From: a virus
Virus record (IMG/VR): IMGVR_UViG_3300034073_003245
Span: 21,717 to 85,716 of that record
Direction: 5' to 3' (one strand)
Length of the DNA stretch: 64,000 nt
Positions 40,601 to 49,853 of this stretch are shown in pieces. Positions within the stretch are counted from its first letter, which is position 1; each line of letters starts with the position of its first letter. The translations under genes were made by a program, and so were the position numbers. The notes under the pieces were generated by a model. The model did not search any database and had not been told where the DNA came from. It saw nothing but the letters and a program-made list of their open reading frames with translations.

Positions 40601-41566
40601 GAAGAAGAGGCTCTTGAAAAGGCCAATACCCGCAGAGCCAGAAGAGCAGGGGCGGGCCAAGATCGCGGAATGGCATCACGTGGAAGAACCCCGAGTCAAA
40701 ATGCCACCTATGACTGGGTTAACAATTTAAGCAGCCCTACTGAAAAATGGCTTGAAGAAAAGAATAAAGCAACCCTTGATTCGTATAAGGAATGGAAAAA
40801 AAACCTGGGAACTATAACCCCAGGAGGACAAGCGCCAGAGATGCTCAGGGGCATGTCTTCTCGCTCCGGTGGTTCTGGTCGCCAGGGAAGAACAATGATT
40901 ACCGACGAAGCAACATACTTCGGTGAGATTGAGAAGAACCTCCCAGTTGAGATAAGAAAAGCAACAGAAGCAAAAGAATCAAAAATTTCCCAAGCATTAT
41001 CGCTGCTGCAGGACATTATCAAGAAACAAGAAGCATCAAAGACCGGTTCAAGAAGAACCAATACGGGAAGCATTTTTGTAACAGCCGACGAGGCTGATCG
41101 TATTCTTGATGCGCTTATGTGGGTTATTGATAGACAGGTCCAAAGAAATGGCAACGAAGAAAGAATATCTGCTTTTGCAAAACTGGTTGACAAGATGGCA
41201 CAAGCCGCCATGTCAACTTTTGTAAACAGAGACACATCAGAAATCGGTTCTCGCACTACAAAAAGAACCAACAGCCGAGGAAAAGAAGTTGAGATCCCCG
41301 ATGCCGGTATAGGCCTGCCAAGAGGAATGGCTTCTAGTTCTAATTTAGGCGGTTACAATAGACGCAGAACACAAGCGGCGGACAAAAAATTTGAAGACAT
41401 CCTTCGTGAGGAAGTTGAAACAAAATTGACTCCAGATCAGCAGAAAAGATACAGCAAACTATACGAAGCAGAAATGGCCAAGTACGGCGGCGCTGGGCTG
41501 GCATTAAAGAGACAAGAAAAAAAAGAAATACACCAAAGAATCATGAAAGAAATTCTCGGCCAGTAA
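34670..41566 (+). CDS. prohead protease (S78/HK97-type) fused to ~1800-aa multi-domain polyprotein
   Basis: Start ATG 34670 after SD GAGGAG. N-terminal WGH, EWSIGY and LYEVSPVLHGAN protease motifs; 13 (R)GM(A/R/S)S motifs; triple sigma70-r4-like HTH. Confidence 0.88.
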   Translation: MSYSNIEFKSNPGQFNIDEAQGIVECFVAGIGNKDSVGDVLVPGAFSESLKRRKPRVVWGHNWNDPIGKVLEIYEVGPGDARLPQKMRQAGIGGLYAKVQFNLNSEKGREAFANVAFFGHEQEWSIGYKTIDSIHDPGVKANILKEVELYEVSPVLHGANQLTGTISVKSDDLALADAEKGWGMGMPHHMMGMKPQQPQVIVIREDDDDDDKYESEKPIFAEGLAQPIGGQQRRMLEKEIAERTGSQIRLIEATENTAVFSRMMPTGGTMVFRVSYHTPDNFRTFMFGKPELADGQVTMPGATQKPRTVVPSQMPSMPMQVKPGYSQDEMGMYSFPKSGETEKSDLGSQIQAIEDILMAETEEKVGRTLNRRNLSKLKSVMESLQEIIASAEKEMDTKGYVIPVPLEEAFSTKQLLDPIFDYHRVETQVTEDGIVITSGVTQEFIEAIGVAEKALGRTLRGGPGKARRAGRGLAARFDPNAWDGDGDGLVQEGTPFQRPAIPGVNDRSTRGRVDPAAATQAWQTGQRGMASRGGRRITLGNANPNSLGPMYGYDPEEQDFSSESYWEEVFTDSDDMLPFFQEWLEKEKGKEALWHELSDDEFEELVDKWKSSDAFEKDVKRYAEIQADEGIEDGEAFRSLFKRSTLDKVWVRNEPKERGMASRADVLTDLAIDSDVSEAIDSIVREVLVYSGTGDKDKISDLVSDAAREILDSINFDSIKDSPGKAVSDFRKKLVETLSDEDFLREAMRKKDAINEFVDGLYDAVNSAFEKYEDHLKKTGGDFEDFADLKFELLDDLDGRVSKILNSSRKLFGELKSKKTEDEYKSRDERRKLIASIRAGELPKDWRGRETEDLVDGRVAYEEALEEIVNNSPDADIDELMSDYIEAVREGARKNPDNRVLAVLADVYGDDGKITDEELKRNLQDVARRSPFNKKRGRNEKEVLRGMASRGGGRPGDPITDQERNKVKRDSTAVSMFKESTDYDNAFNSWQKANPGKSEKDFEKSPEFTDALVEFDRYLLDQASKATGIRYSRTMPYSGGPISLEQMTAKQILRDRMSGMSLDDVAEKMNLSREKVRSLEAQEVMRLRDDASPREILAYRTMGLSLEDTGRLFGMRPEDVRKAEAKEMADIRKDMDDNKLIELRMMGFSLDDLAEITGASREDLRKREIQRLRRGPEDGGGARGMASRGRSEDFDGGYDEAYGPTPPITRRPPVGEWDVLVGEEAYEREDASRQQRGMASQNVRPNAGLVKYSTDLLNEKLEDLDSDPQPGMAGATLDKTWAEGVLDGLRDGRLSSDDAINIIGLAGNDVFNEGKKPEGERNQALIDSRIKLSKRLRRSVVDSMSEGDMEEYQANRRRRMGADRGMRSTLSEANRRRDAGLTPGTGDPSPGTRGQRVASSGGEYKPNTEERDAAIIQRLRDIGLSDDEISELTGIDNLPDAERGMASREIKLNNRQIDNALSELDNLTDDRGYEDWESIQKLRQQLSDAKDNNGVFSPSERDIEDYLDELEKLEDAGFDDWEGLSMIRSIISDSRGERGMRSRNSEIDMTLEEYGQLLDTLDKYVDGSAGEGVGADDDMRVLQQVMDKLEASQNANDAVELTSDEISDYLDSLKNIRDNGPMEDATSGDKANINKLISALEGARDSRDGSYETPALRRSGARISDQQGRAFRSSSGTVNPHEKIEMTLNGDDISAMVEDIDALLKQTPNSAALKAAREKFSKAKTGEKITMDKDEYEQLYKDIETAKTQGNRVTSELASLLDQAAESKDGKYVDPNLRGRGGMASRNNGAPSDITEAMQKEYIFWARNNPNLFVAQRILKKYDDNDGQLSARDWRALDTLYTNLSPRGGGRRSGMRSRSGRDAEIEKQKKIDAERMRSGSTTGSESERIGRSSEGTGVSASGLGDIGIRGEGASQRTETPGPSEKKFTGKSFNEVQPDNWESLDIEEKYDWLFSNGKPEVSGMSPAAYEGALKKLIAEEEALEKANTRRARRAGAGQDRGMASRGRTPSQNATYDWVNNLSSPTEKWLEEKNKATLDSYKEWKKNLGTITPGGQAPEMLRGMSSRSGGSGRQGRTMITDEATYFGEIEKNLPVEIRKATEAKESKISQALSLLQDIIKKQEASKTGSRRTNTGSIFVTADEADRILDALMWVIDRQVQRNGNEERISAFAKLVDKMAQAAMSTFVNRDTSEIGSRTTKRTNSRGKEVEIPDAGIGLPRGMASSSNLGGYNRRRTQAADKKFEDILREEVETKLTPDQQKRYSKLYEAEMAKYGGAGLALKRQEKKEIHQRIMKEILGQ
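36046..36102 (+). promoter_or_regulatory. putative programmed -1 frameshift signal
   Basis: In-frame G GGA AAA at 36058-36064, upstream GAGGGG, hairpin GCCGCGC-CGG-GCGCGGC at 36069-36085, -1-frame TGA at 36100-36102. Confidence 0.6.
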
Positions 41567-41737
41567 AAATTCCAAAATCTTGTCAAAGATTAAAAGAAAG
41601 ATAGACTAATACAAATAATCGCATTTACTCTCTGCGCACAGCGGAGTTAGTGCTAAGTTATACTTTTACCAAGAAGTTCATATTTGTGTATTGACAGTTT
41701 TTCCTGTCTTGTCGCATAAAACCAGGAGTAAGAAAAA

Positions 41738-43123
41738 ATGGCCGAAAAAGTTCAAGTTAGCATTGACGCCGAGGGCAACGTCCTTAAGTGTGCAAAAAAC
41801 CTTGCCGGCGGCGAGTGCGGCTATACGCCTGGCGCAAAAGTGTGTGGCAAGTGTGGTGCCATGCCTATTGAAATGAAGATGGTTCCGGTTGATGCCGAGG
41901 AAAAAGGTGGCGACTGGATGATGGGCGACGAAATGATGCCGGCTAAGAAAAAGAAGAAGGGCGGCATGGCTCTTCCGGACGACCTTGCTATGGATGAGGA
42001 TGAGGACGGCGAGATGATGCCGTCAAAGAAAAAGGCCATGGCTGAGGCTATGGAAGACGACGAAGAGGAAATGGACGAAGAGGAAGGCGCACCAATGCCT
42101 TCAAGCAAGAAGGCCATGAACGAGGAGATGGACGACGAAGAGGACGAAGAGGAAGACGACATGGAGGAAGAGGATTCCGACATGGCTGTTGACCTTGAGG
42201 CAGCCAAGAAGAAAAGACTTGCTTCACTTGGCGAGAAGTCCGCAGAATACGGCAAGAACGCCTACATGTGCGCCATTGAGCGCAAGGTCTACCCAGGTGG
42301 CGTTTCCGTTTGTGACGACTGCCCTGGTGGTTGTGTTTCAGAGAAGGGCATGCCAGGCCTTCTCCATGTTGAAGGCCTCGCTGAGCAGATGTTTGAGGGC
42401 AAGATCCTTGACTCGGGCTATTCGTCAGATGCCGACATGTTCGTTGTTGACGTTCAGACAAAGAGCGGCAAGGCAGTTGAGGTCTTTGTTGACGGAACAA
42501 CAGCAGAAGTTCTTGGTTGGCACAAACTTGATGATTCAAACTTTGAACAGAAGTCTGCCCTTGAGTCAATGATGGTTATTGACTTCCAGGAGGCCGCTGA
42601 GATCGCAGTTAAGTCAATCCAGGGCGATGTTGTGGCTGTTGAACCAGACATCTTTGAGGGCTTTGACGCTTATGCAGTTGAGATTGAGGGCATTGACGGA
42701 AAGTCATACGATGTCTTCGTTGCCCTTGATGGCGAGGTTCTCGGCTACGACAAGTATGAGCCAGAAGAGGCCGAAGACATTGAGGCCGAGGCTGCTGAAA
42801 TTGCTCTGAAGCGTGCTTTTAGCGACGAGATGCGTCAGCAGATGGCCAAAGAAGGCAATGCCCTCCCGGATGGCTCATACCCAATTGCCAGCGTTGACGA
42901 TCTGAAGAACGCAATCCAGGCATTTGGAAGAGCCAAGGATAAGGAAGCCACAAAGAAGCACATCATGAAGCGCGCCCGTGCTCTCGGCCAAGAGAAGTTG
43001 ATTCCAAGCAACTGGATTGGCGGAACAGAAGAGAAGTCGGCGGAACTGCCAGAAGACATCAAGGCATCGCTGATTGAATTTGAACTTCTTTCCGAAGAGG
43101 TGTCAAACCAGGAAAATAACTAA
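41738..43123 (+). CDS. acidic head-associated protein (Zn-ribbons, two PepSY-like domains, C-terminal ALPDGSYPI domain); possible scaffold
   Basis: CxxC motifs; D/E/M-rich tract; IDFQEAAEIA...YAVEI...DVFV..DGEVL; SD AGGAG. Confidence 0.65.
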   Translation: MAEKVQVSIDAEGNVLKCAKNLAGGECGYTPGAKVCGKCGAMPIEMKMVPVDAEEKGGDWMMGDEMMPAKKKKKGGMALPDDLAMDEDEDGEMMPSKKKAMAEAMEDDEEEMDEEEGAPMPSSKKAMNEEMDDEEDEEEDDMEEEDSDMAVDLEAAKKKRLASLGEKSAEYGKNAYMCAIERKVYPGGVSVCDDCPGGCVSEKGMPGLLHVEGLAEQMFEGKILDSGYSSDADMFVVDVQTKSGKAVEVFVDGTTAEVLGWHKLDDSNFEQKSALESMMVIDFQEAAEIAVKSIQGDVVAVEPDIFEGFDAYAVEIEGIDGKSYDVFVALDGEVLGYDKYEPEEAEDIEAEAAEIALKRAFSDEMRQQMAKEGNALPDGSYPIASVDDLKNAIQAFGRAKDKEATKKHIMKRARALGQEKLIPSNWIGGTEEKSAELPEDIKASLIEFELLSEEVSNQENN

Positions 43124-43141
43124 AAGAAAGCGTGCCCGCCT

Positions 43142-46100
43142 ATGACGGGTTTCAACCAAAGAAAAATCAGGCATTACGCTAATAGTCTTTTAGAACCGAA
43201 TCACGCCAAGAATGTTGATTTTCGCGCCATTCTTTTTCGCGAAAGCCTGAAGGCGTCTTCTTCTAAAGATGTCCTTGATGCGACGTACTCCATAAAGGCG
43301 GCGTCCCCATTCCAGGGTGATTCAGACAACAAAAAACGTTCACCAGCGCAAAAGGCAAAATCTCCCTACAACATTGAGTACGGTCTCGTATACGACCCTA
43401 ATGCCAAGTGGGCGCCAGGCAAATACTTCAAGCACTATGTAACTGAAGAAGAGCGCAAACAAGCGATGCAGTTGGATAACCCGAATCCAAACTGGGGCTG
43501 GCTTGACGGCACTGAGGGCTCAAACACCATGCCGGTGTCAAACAGCAAAGGCGACCTGAAGGTTGTCTACGAAAAAATCACACAAAAGCCAAGAGGCGAT
43601 GATTTTGAAGAAAAAGGCCTTCTTGGAAGATCAATAGGGGAAAGAAACCCAGCGGGGAAACTTGGAACCAGGGCGGCTAGGGCGTTTGGAGTAGTTGTTG
43701 ATGCGCTGGGTAAGTTCAGATGCCCCCCTGGTACTCCGGCGGCCAACCAGTTCACAAACGAGCGTGGCGAAAACTGTTTTTCCATATCTGGGGTGGCCCA
43801 GGATCTTATAGCAAACAGGTTGATCGGATTCTTGGAAGGAAAGCCGAAGTCTGATTCCAAACTTGTTTCATCCCTGCTTTCCGCTGGTGTTAGTTATTCA
43901 AGAATTAGAGATGCGTACAGAAGTGATGGGTGGAGAGGTCTAGCCAGCCTTGCTTCAGCAGCACTTGAGGGCGGCGGTCTTGTTGGAGACGAATACGATG
44001 ACGGTTCATATAGAACGTCCGTAATCCAAAAAGTTTTAGAAAGAGCAAAGGAAACACAGAACACTGTTTCCAGGACGAGAGCCAAGAGTGATGAGCGGAG
44101 AAAAATGGTCTCCGATTTGTTGGCAAAATACGGAATACCCGAAACTGGCGACAATTCAGATATGGTCCAACTTGTTGACGCAATGACAAGAGATGGAGTA
44201 CTACACCCGCTCACTAAGGGATCAGATCTTTTTATGGGTGGAACTCTTGCTTCCCATCAAGATGAACTCTTAGAAAAAATAATGGGTGACGCCGATTTCG
44301 CGGAATACAAGCGGATGAAAACAGCGGGGGAAACTGGCCCATTAACAGATATCGCTGACATGATACTTGAGAGGGACCGTCAATACATGCGCGGCACTAT
44401 TTCTGGAATTCTGCAAATGGCGCTCAGAAATCCTGACTCATACGGAAAAGTAAAATTTTCTTTAAAGCCGGAAAGAGATAAATCAGGCACTCATGCAGTA
44501 TCTTTCTGGTGGGGTACTAAAAGTTTTGAAGGACATCAGATTGTTATAAACCCATACGCAGTTGCAAAAGACATCATGCCGAACCTAAAAAAAGGTGAGT
44601 CAATTCTCGTAACCGCTACTGGAGGTGATTCTCAAGAGGACCACTGGAAAGCAATCGCGGCGAAACTTGGCGATGCAGAAAGAATGAGCATTTGGGCCAG
44701 GACGCACATGACCGACCTCGCTGCAACCGTTGGCAACGGTTGGGAGGATTTTGGCGCAGAAGTAGGAATACACGAGATGGTCCATGTCCAACAGTTTGAA
44801 GCGATGATTCCAATGGTGCTTCAAATGAATGGCCACCCGGATGCAAGGTCTTATACACCAGATCAAATTAACGACGCGCTGCGCACGCTTAGCAACTGGC
44901 AAATTGGCATTTCTATGGGTGAAATCGCAAATGATCCAGACTTGACAAAAGAAGTTTTTGGTCTTGACATCTACGATCTTGTTGAAAAACGTCTTGACGC
45001 TCTTGCTGGTTCATACAGCGCAATAACACAGCAGGAAGCACTTGAGGCACTGCAGGCGGCAAACGAACTTTCTGATGAATCAGAAAAAGAAGACGCTATG
45101 TTTCTATTCGCACAAAGTGTAGCCACGGCCACATACGAAACACTTGCAGAACTTGGTACAGCGCGAGAAATGGGATTGATTGAGGGGGAGGATGTGGACG
45201 AGGCGCTTTCGTTTATGAGCCCACCTAAATATGCCCCAATATCTGTTCCGTCTTCCCCCTCGGGTCCGCTATCTCCGGACCCAACTGCACCACGACCAAG
45301 CACGCCGTCCGGCGCTCCAACTCCGATCCGCCCTGGGTCACCAGGACCCGCTGTTCCTGACCTAGTTGACTCCACGGTTAGCACAGAAGAAGTTGAAATG
45401 ATGTGGGGTCTCAGACCAAGGCCTGGAAGAAAAGAAAAGACATACGACATCGTCAGAAACCGAAGAGGGAAGGTGCCTACTTTGATTCTTGACGGACGCA
45501 TGACAAGAGAAGATGTTGAGGATCACATATTTGGAGAGGTGGGGGTTAACGGGAAGCGAACTGGTGGTGTTCTTGGACAGATTCGTTCAATCAGAAACAT
45601 GTCCAAAAACGATACTCCTGACAAACCAACCGCCAGAGAAAGAAGAAGAATACTTAATGCCCTTCTTGACAGTTTGCCATTAGATGAAAAGGAAATAGAA
45701 AGAATTGGCCTTGATACTGGACCACTGACTGGTGAAGACAGAGAGAAACTTGAACAGACAATTGCAATACTTAGAAATGCTGTTTATGAATACAGGGAAA
45801 AAGCAGAAAAAGCAAGAGAGGCATACAGAAACTACCAAGGCGTAAGTACAGAATACGACTACGACGACTATGACGCCAACTACAGAGCCCTCCAGCGTCT
45901 TGATAATGAAGCAAGGATGTGGGACGCGCTCGCTAATAGAATAGGCAGAGGACTAGCCGCGTCTCTTGACGACATTATTGACATTAGGGACAATGGGCCA
46001 TATCCTCCGTCAACTGATCGCGGTAGAAGGAGAGCCGCAGTTCCCGGCAGGACTTTTGATGTTGACGGAATGGAAATAGACAGGGACACTGGGGAAATTG

Positions 46101-48850
46101 TTTTTAGACGCGAAGCGCCAGCAGACACAACCCCAACAGTTGACATAACCGATGCTGATGTTGCCGGAATTGCGGAATATCAAGAGTCAATAAGAAAGCC
46201 AGAAGAAAACGCGGCTATATCCGAAGCGCTTTCCTCACCTCCGCGAACATCCATCATTTTTGGGCCGGATGGTTCTGAGTTGTTGTCTGTAATTTTGGAT
46301 GACGCCGAGATTTCAAGGGCATTCAAAGAAAACGGAATGACTCCTCCGCCCGGAATTAAAACTGCTTCAAAAGAAATAGATAGATCTCGCTTGATTATTT
46401 CTGGAATTGATAGATCTGAAGTTCGCAAAGAAATAGTTGTTGACGTTGAGTTGGACATACCGGATGATGCAGAAGAATATGAGATGCGCGACATTTCAAT
46501 TGCCTCACCAATAACAGACGAGATGGCCAACAGGGGAATGGCGTCCAGGGGGCGCATAACAAGTGCTGCCGGAATGCTTGCGTCAAAAAGAGCGCGTAAA
46601 CTTCTTGAAAAGGCCGGTATTGACCCAGAAAGAGCAGAAACCGTTCAGGTTGTTGCTCAATTGGGAATTGCCTTTTCTATCGGTGGGCCTCCCGCTGTAG
46701 CAGCACAATTGCTACGAATGGGCTCCCGTGATGCTGCGCTAGCAGGCCTAGACAGGGCTGTTGAGAAGGGCTGGATTGAGCCGTCAACCGCTTTAAGAAT
46801 ACGCTCAATGATTATTGACAGAATTGCGCCAGATGGCATTCCGCAAGACGTAAAGGACGCAGTTGAAGCGTCAAAAGAAAAAGTTTGGACCCCAGAAAAT
46901 AGACAAAAGGCCCAGGAGTTGGCAGACGCTGCTCACGAAAGGGTGATGGAACTCGGTGAAAGGGCTTCTGAATTTGCATCTGATGTCAGGGAAAAGGCAT
47001 CAGAAGTGGCGGAAAGAGCGAAAGAAAGAGCATCAGATACAGCGGATAGAGCGAGAGATGCTGCTGGCGCTGTTGGTTCAAGACTGGGTGAAAGATTCAG
47101 AAGAAGAAGGGGTCAAGAACAGGAAATAACACCTTCCCTGTTAGACGATCCATTTTCTTCCACCCCTTCTGGTGACCCATTCCCCCTTGCCAACCCCTGG
47201 GATGACAGGTTTAAATCTCTGTATTTCAACGCCTTTACAAAGAATGTTTCTTCATTTGATAGCAAGCAACTCGGAGAAAAAAGCAGAAAGAAAAAAGTCA
47301 ACCTGCTTTTGAGCCAGGGACAAAAGGCGGCCTTTACAAAATCACAAAACGGCAAAACTCAAGTCGTTCTTCCGCCGGGCAAAGTAAAAGTTACATCAAG
47401 AAACGAAGATGGCTCTATCAACGCAGAAATGAAGAGTCAGGAAAATACCGAGTCGTATTTGAAAAATGTTGAAAAGAAATTTTCAGATTTGGAAAAAAAC
47501 GACAGTTTTGATGTTAGATCTCGCGCCAAAGAAACTTCAGAATACGCAAAAAGAAAAAGAGTTGAATATTCCGTACAGAAGTACATGCCTCCAAAATCTT
47601 CTGAAGCATCAAGAATGTCTCTTGAAAAAACAAATAAAATTATTGAAGACATAAACTCTTCTGGAATACCTGTTTTTAGAATCACTGATGCGTCAGAAAA
47701 CAAGGAGACTATTTTTAAAGGTATTAGCGTTTTGCGCGTTATGGCAGATGAGATCATAAATACATCTGATATTGGCAAAGAGATTATTGCTATTCTTTCA
47801 AGAAATTCAGATACGCAAATTTACGAAATGATGAGAAAATTTGCCATTGACGCCCACAATTCCCTTGACAAAAGAACGCGCATATCTGTCACGAAAACAG
47901 AACTAAATCAGATCGCAAAAAACGGAAGAATTACAGTCGGTGAAAAGCCGCCTGCAGTTGAAAATTTGGCAAAGATAAAAAACATCATGAGGGGTGTTGC
48001 TAACGACTCCTACTCCCCACAGGTCGTAAATGTTGAACTGTCGCCATCATGGGTTACTGACGAAATTGAACAAAGTCTTTATATTGGTGGGACAAGAGTC
48101 GGCTCTGAAGAGTTTTACAACTCAGACAATAGAATTAAGATAGTTCTTAGGGCAGAAAACGCTCAAAGAATCGGATACGCGATCAAGCCACACGATGTTT
48201 CCCCGATCTATATCTCGCTGGCAGAAGACAACGAGGACGTAATTGTTAACGCTATTTTTGGCAATATTTCCGATGACGAAAACGAATCAGCGAAACAGAT
48301 AGCCACCGTGCTCCAGGCCATGTATGACAAGAATTACTCCAATGTTTTTGGAAGTAAAGGTTCATCAAAAGTTGATGCTTTTATAGTTGGGGATATAAGC
48401 CTTGATGACATTGAGCACGTCAAGGTGCCAAACACGGTATTCGGCTATAGAGGGAGAATACCGGCTACAACGCCAATTTTTGGCGAAAAGAACATGAGGG
48501 ACGCCATGAGACAGGCTGGAGTTCCAGAAGAAAAAATAACAAAGTTCTTCTCCCAAGACGGAACCATTGGTGGTGGTTTTAGCCCGAGGCACATTTCTTA
48601 TTTGCTGGAAATCGCGGAGGCTCAAGAGATGAAAGAAAAACTCATATCTTCTGGATTTCCTGATGTTGTTTTCACCAACAAAGACGGGATTGACATGCTT
48701 TCCGAAGACACGTGGGGCAGGAGCGGAATGACTGGCAGCAAGAAGGGCAAGGCAAAACTTGCAGAACTTGCCATGAACGAGTTAAGTGAAATAATGAAAA
48801 AACTGTCAGAGTCAAAGCCTTCTGAGCAAAAGAAGGAGAGCGTGGCGTGA
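43142..48850 (+). CDS. giant polyvalent head protein with HExxH zincin metallopeptidase and degenerate ART-like domains
   Basis: 1902 aa; IHEMVH at 44771 plus downstream ETLAE; RGMASR at 46532; 11-mer helical repeats. Confidence 0.7.
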   Translation: MTGFNQRKIRHYANSLLEPNHAKNVDFRAILFRESLKASSSKDVLDATYSIKAASPFQGDSDNKKRSPAQKAKSPYNIEYGLVYDPNAKWAPGKYFKHYVTEEERKQAMQLDNPNPNWGWLDGTEGSNTMPVSNSKGDLKVVYEKITQKPRGDDFEEKGLLGRSIGERNPAGKLGTRAARAFGVVVDALGKFRCPPGTPAANQFTNERGENCFSISGVAQDLIANRLIGFLEGKPKSDSKLVSSLLSAGVSYSRIRDAYRSDGWRGLASLASAALEGGGLVGDEYDDGSYRTSVIQKVLERAKETQNTVSRTRAKSDERRKMVSDLLAKYGIPETGDNSDMVQLVDAMTRDGVLHPLTKGSDLFMGGTLASHQDELLEKIMGDADFAEYKRMKTAGETGPLTDIADMILERDRQYMRGTISGILQMALRNPDSYGKVKFSLKPERDKSGTHAVSFWWGTKSFEGHQIVINPYAVAKDIMPNLKKGESILVTATGGDSQEDHWKAIAAKLGDAERMSIWARTHMTDLAATVGNGWEDFGAEVGIHEMVHVQQFEAMIPMVLQMNGHPDARSYTPDQINDALRTLSNWQIGISMGEIANDPDLTKEVFGLDIYDLVEKRLDALAGSYSAITQQEALEALQAANELSDESEKEDAMFLFAQSVATATYETLAELGTAREMGLIEGEDVDEALSFMSPPKYAPISVPSSPSGPLSPDPTAPRPSTPSGAPTPIRPGSPGPAVPDLVDSTVSTEEVEMMWGLRPRPGRKEKTYDIVRNRRGKVPTLILDGRMTREDVEDHIFGEVGVNGKRTGGVLGQIRSIRNMSKNDTPDKPTARERRRILNALLDSLPLDEKEIERIGLDTGPLTGEDREKLEQTIAILRNAVYEYREKAEKAREAYRNYQGVSTEYDYDDYDANYRALQRLDNEARMWDALANRIGRGLAASLDDIIDIRDNGPYPPSTDRGRRRAAVPGRTFDVDGMEIDRDTGEIVFRREAPADTTPTVDITDADVAGIAEYQESIRKPEENAAISEALSSPPRTSIIFGPDGSELLSVILDDAEISRAFKENGMTPPPGIKTASKEIDRSRLIISGIDRSEVRKEIVVDVELDIPDDAEEYEMRDISIASPITDEMANRGMASRGRITSAAGMLASKRARKLLEKAGIDPERAETVQVVAQLGIAFSIGGPPAVAAQLLRMGSRDAALAGLDRAVEKGWIEPSTALRIRSMIIDRIAPDGIPQDVKDAVEASKEKVWTPENRQKAQELADAAHERVMELGERASEFASDVREKASEVAERAKERASDTADRARDAAGAVGSRLGERFRRRRGQEQEITPSLLDDPFSSTPSGDPFPLANPWDDRFKSLYFNAFTKNVSSFDSKQLGEKSRKKKVNLLLSQGQKAAFTKSQNGKTQVVLPPGKVKVTSRNEDGSINAEMKSQENTESYLKNVEKKFSDLEKNDSFDVRSRAKETSEYAKRKRVEYSVQKYMPPKSSEASRMSLEKTNKIIEDINSSGIPVFRITDASENKETIFKGISVLRVMADEIINTSDIGKEIIAILSRNSDTQIYEMMRKFAIDAHNSLDKRTRISVTKTELNQIAKNGRITVGEKPPAVENLAKIKNIMRGVANDSYSPQVVNVELSPSWVTDEIEQSLYIGGTRVGSEEFYNSDNRIKIVLRAENAQRIGYAIKPHDVSPIYISLAEDNEDVIVNAIFGNISDDENESAKQIATVLQAMYDKNYSNVFGSKGSSKVDAFIVGDISLDDIEHVKVPNTVFGYRGRIPATTPIFGEKNMRDAMRQAGVPEEKITKFFSQDGTIGGGFSPRHISYLLEIAEAQEMKEKLISSGFPDVVFTNKDGIDMLSEDTWGRSGMTGSKKGKAKLAELAMNELSEIMKKLSESKPSEQKKESVA

Positions 48851-49257
48851 AGTCGGTTTTAGTCGCCTCAGTCGGTAAAGATTTAAAATTGTATTATGTC
48901 ATTGACTCAACTTCAACTTCAAATGACGGTGTACTAGTTATTGATGGCGCGCCAAAGATTGTAAACTTCTGGGAAACCGCTATTGCGATGAGAAATCTAG
49001 TACCATTAATGAATAGCGACTTCCATAAGTACCTATGGGATGGCGGGTCTGATGAAGACAGTCAAGATAGGTGGGAAAGAATATTTATCAAAAAAACCCA
49101 GTCACTAGAAGATTCAATGACGAGGGGATTAACGATATCAACAGATGTTATGAAACAAAAGCAAAAGTCAAAATCAATCAACCAAAGAGCGTTTGATTTC
49201 AAGTCGCTACTTGTAACTCAAAACACAAGTAAAATAAGAGGAATATCCGGAAGATGA
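48847..49257 (+). CDS. hypothetical head-region protein
   Basis: GTGA/ATGA-coupled; SD AGGAG; DFKSL motif shared with neighbouring proteins. Confidence 0.6.
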   Translation: MKSVLVASVGKDLKLYYVIDSTSTSNDGVLVIDGAPKIVNFWETAIAMRNLVPLMNSDFHKYLWDGGSDEDSQDRWERIFIKKTQSLEDSMTRGLTISTDVMKQKQKSKSINQRAFDFKSLLVTQNTSKIRGISGR

Positions 49258-49853
49258 GCGAGTACGAATACAAGGCACCGCAAGACGTTTTGCTTGATCT
49301 ACCCCAGGAAAGAATTACTGGAGACATACTCAAAGGACGTGGACCAAGACGCGGAAACCTTGAAAGACTTTTGCGCTACTGGAGACCAATTATGCGCAAG
49401 CCTGGCGGTTTTCGCAGATGCAAAGTAATTCTTGCAGACCACCCGGAATTGTACCCCCTGAACAACATCTGCGCCTGGCTACACCATGAGACAACTGGCT
49501 TGTGGCCAAACGAGGGGTGCCATCACCCCGGGATGAAAAACTGTAGAAAAAAACTAAAGGGCGTTGTTCGCGGATCAATATGGTCAGACGCTGAGTTTAA
49601 TAAAAGAGTTACAAGAAAAGTTCGGGGACAAAACAAGAAAACAGCCCTTGTTGAAGAGCAAGATTATGATGATGTAGTCACAAATGACGACATTAAATAC
49701 GCCCTTATAGTGATGAGGGACTTCCAGGAAATGGAAGGACCATTCTGCAAAATGATCGCAGACGACAACAACTGGGAAATAGAAGCAGAAGATGAGCAAA
49801 CTGGCGAAACAAAGTCGCTTCCTTTTATAAGAACCAGCGAGGATTGTTGCTGA
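49254..49853 (+). CDS. head-region protein with Cys/His metal-binding-like domain
   Basis: GNLERLLRYW...FRRC...ICAWLHHETTGLWP; starts MSEYEYK-A. Confidence 0.6.
   Translation: MSEYEYKAPQDVLLDLPQERITGDILKGRGPRRGNLERLLRYWRPIMRKPGGFRRCKVILADHPELYPLNNICAWLHHETTGLWPNEGCHHPGMKNCRKKLKGVVRGSIWSDAEFNKRVTRKVRGQNKKTALVEEQDYDDVVTNDDIKYALIVMRDFQEMEGPFCKMIADDNNWEIEAEDEQTGETKSLPFIRTSEDCC

Noticed and set aside
36248-41338. RGMAS motif as an internal SD+ATG restart or a DNA repeat/CRISPR-like array
   Set aside because: GGA/GGC directly abuts ATG with no SD spacing, codons vary, and spacing is irregular (159-861 nt). Conservation is peptide-level, although internal initiation cannot be fully excluded.
43650-43665. 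GGGGAAAC as a second slippery site in the 1902-aa ORF
   Set aside because: Codon phase is GGG AAA CTT, not X XXY YYZ, and no convincing downstream hairpin.
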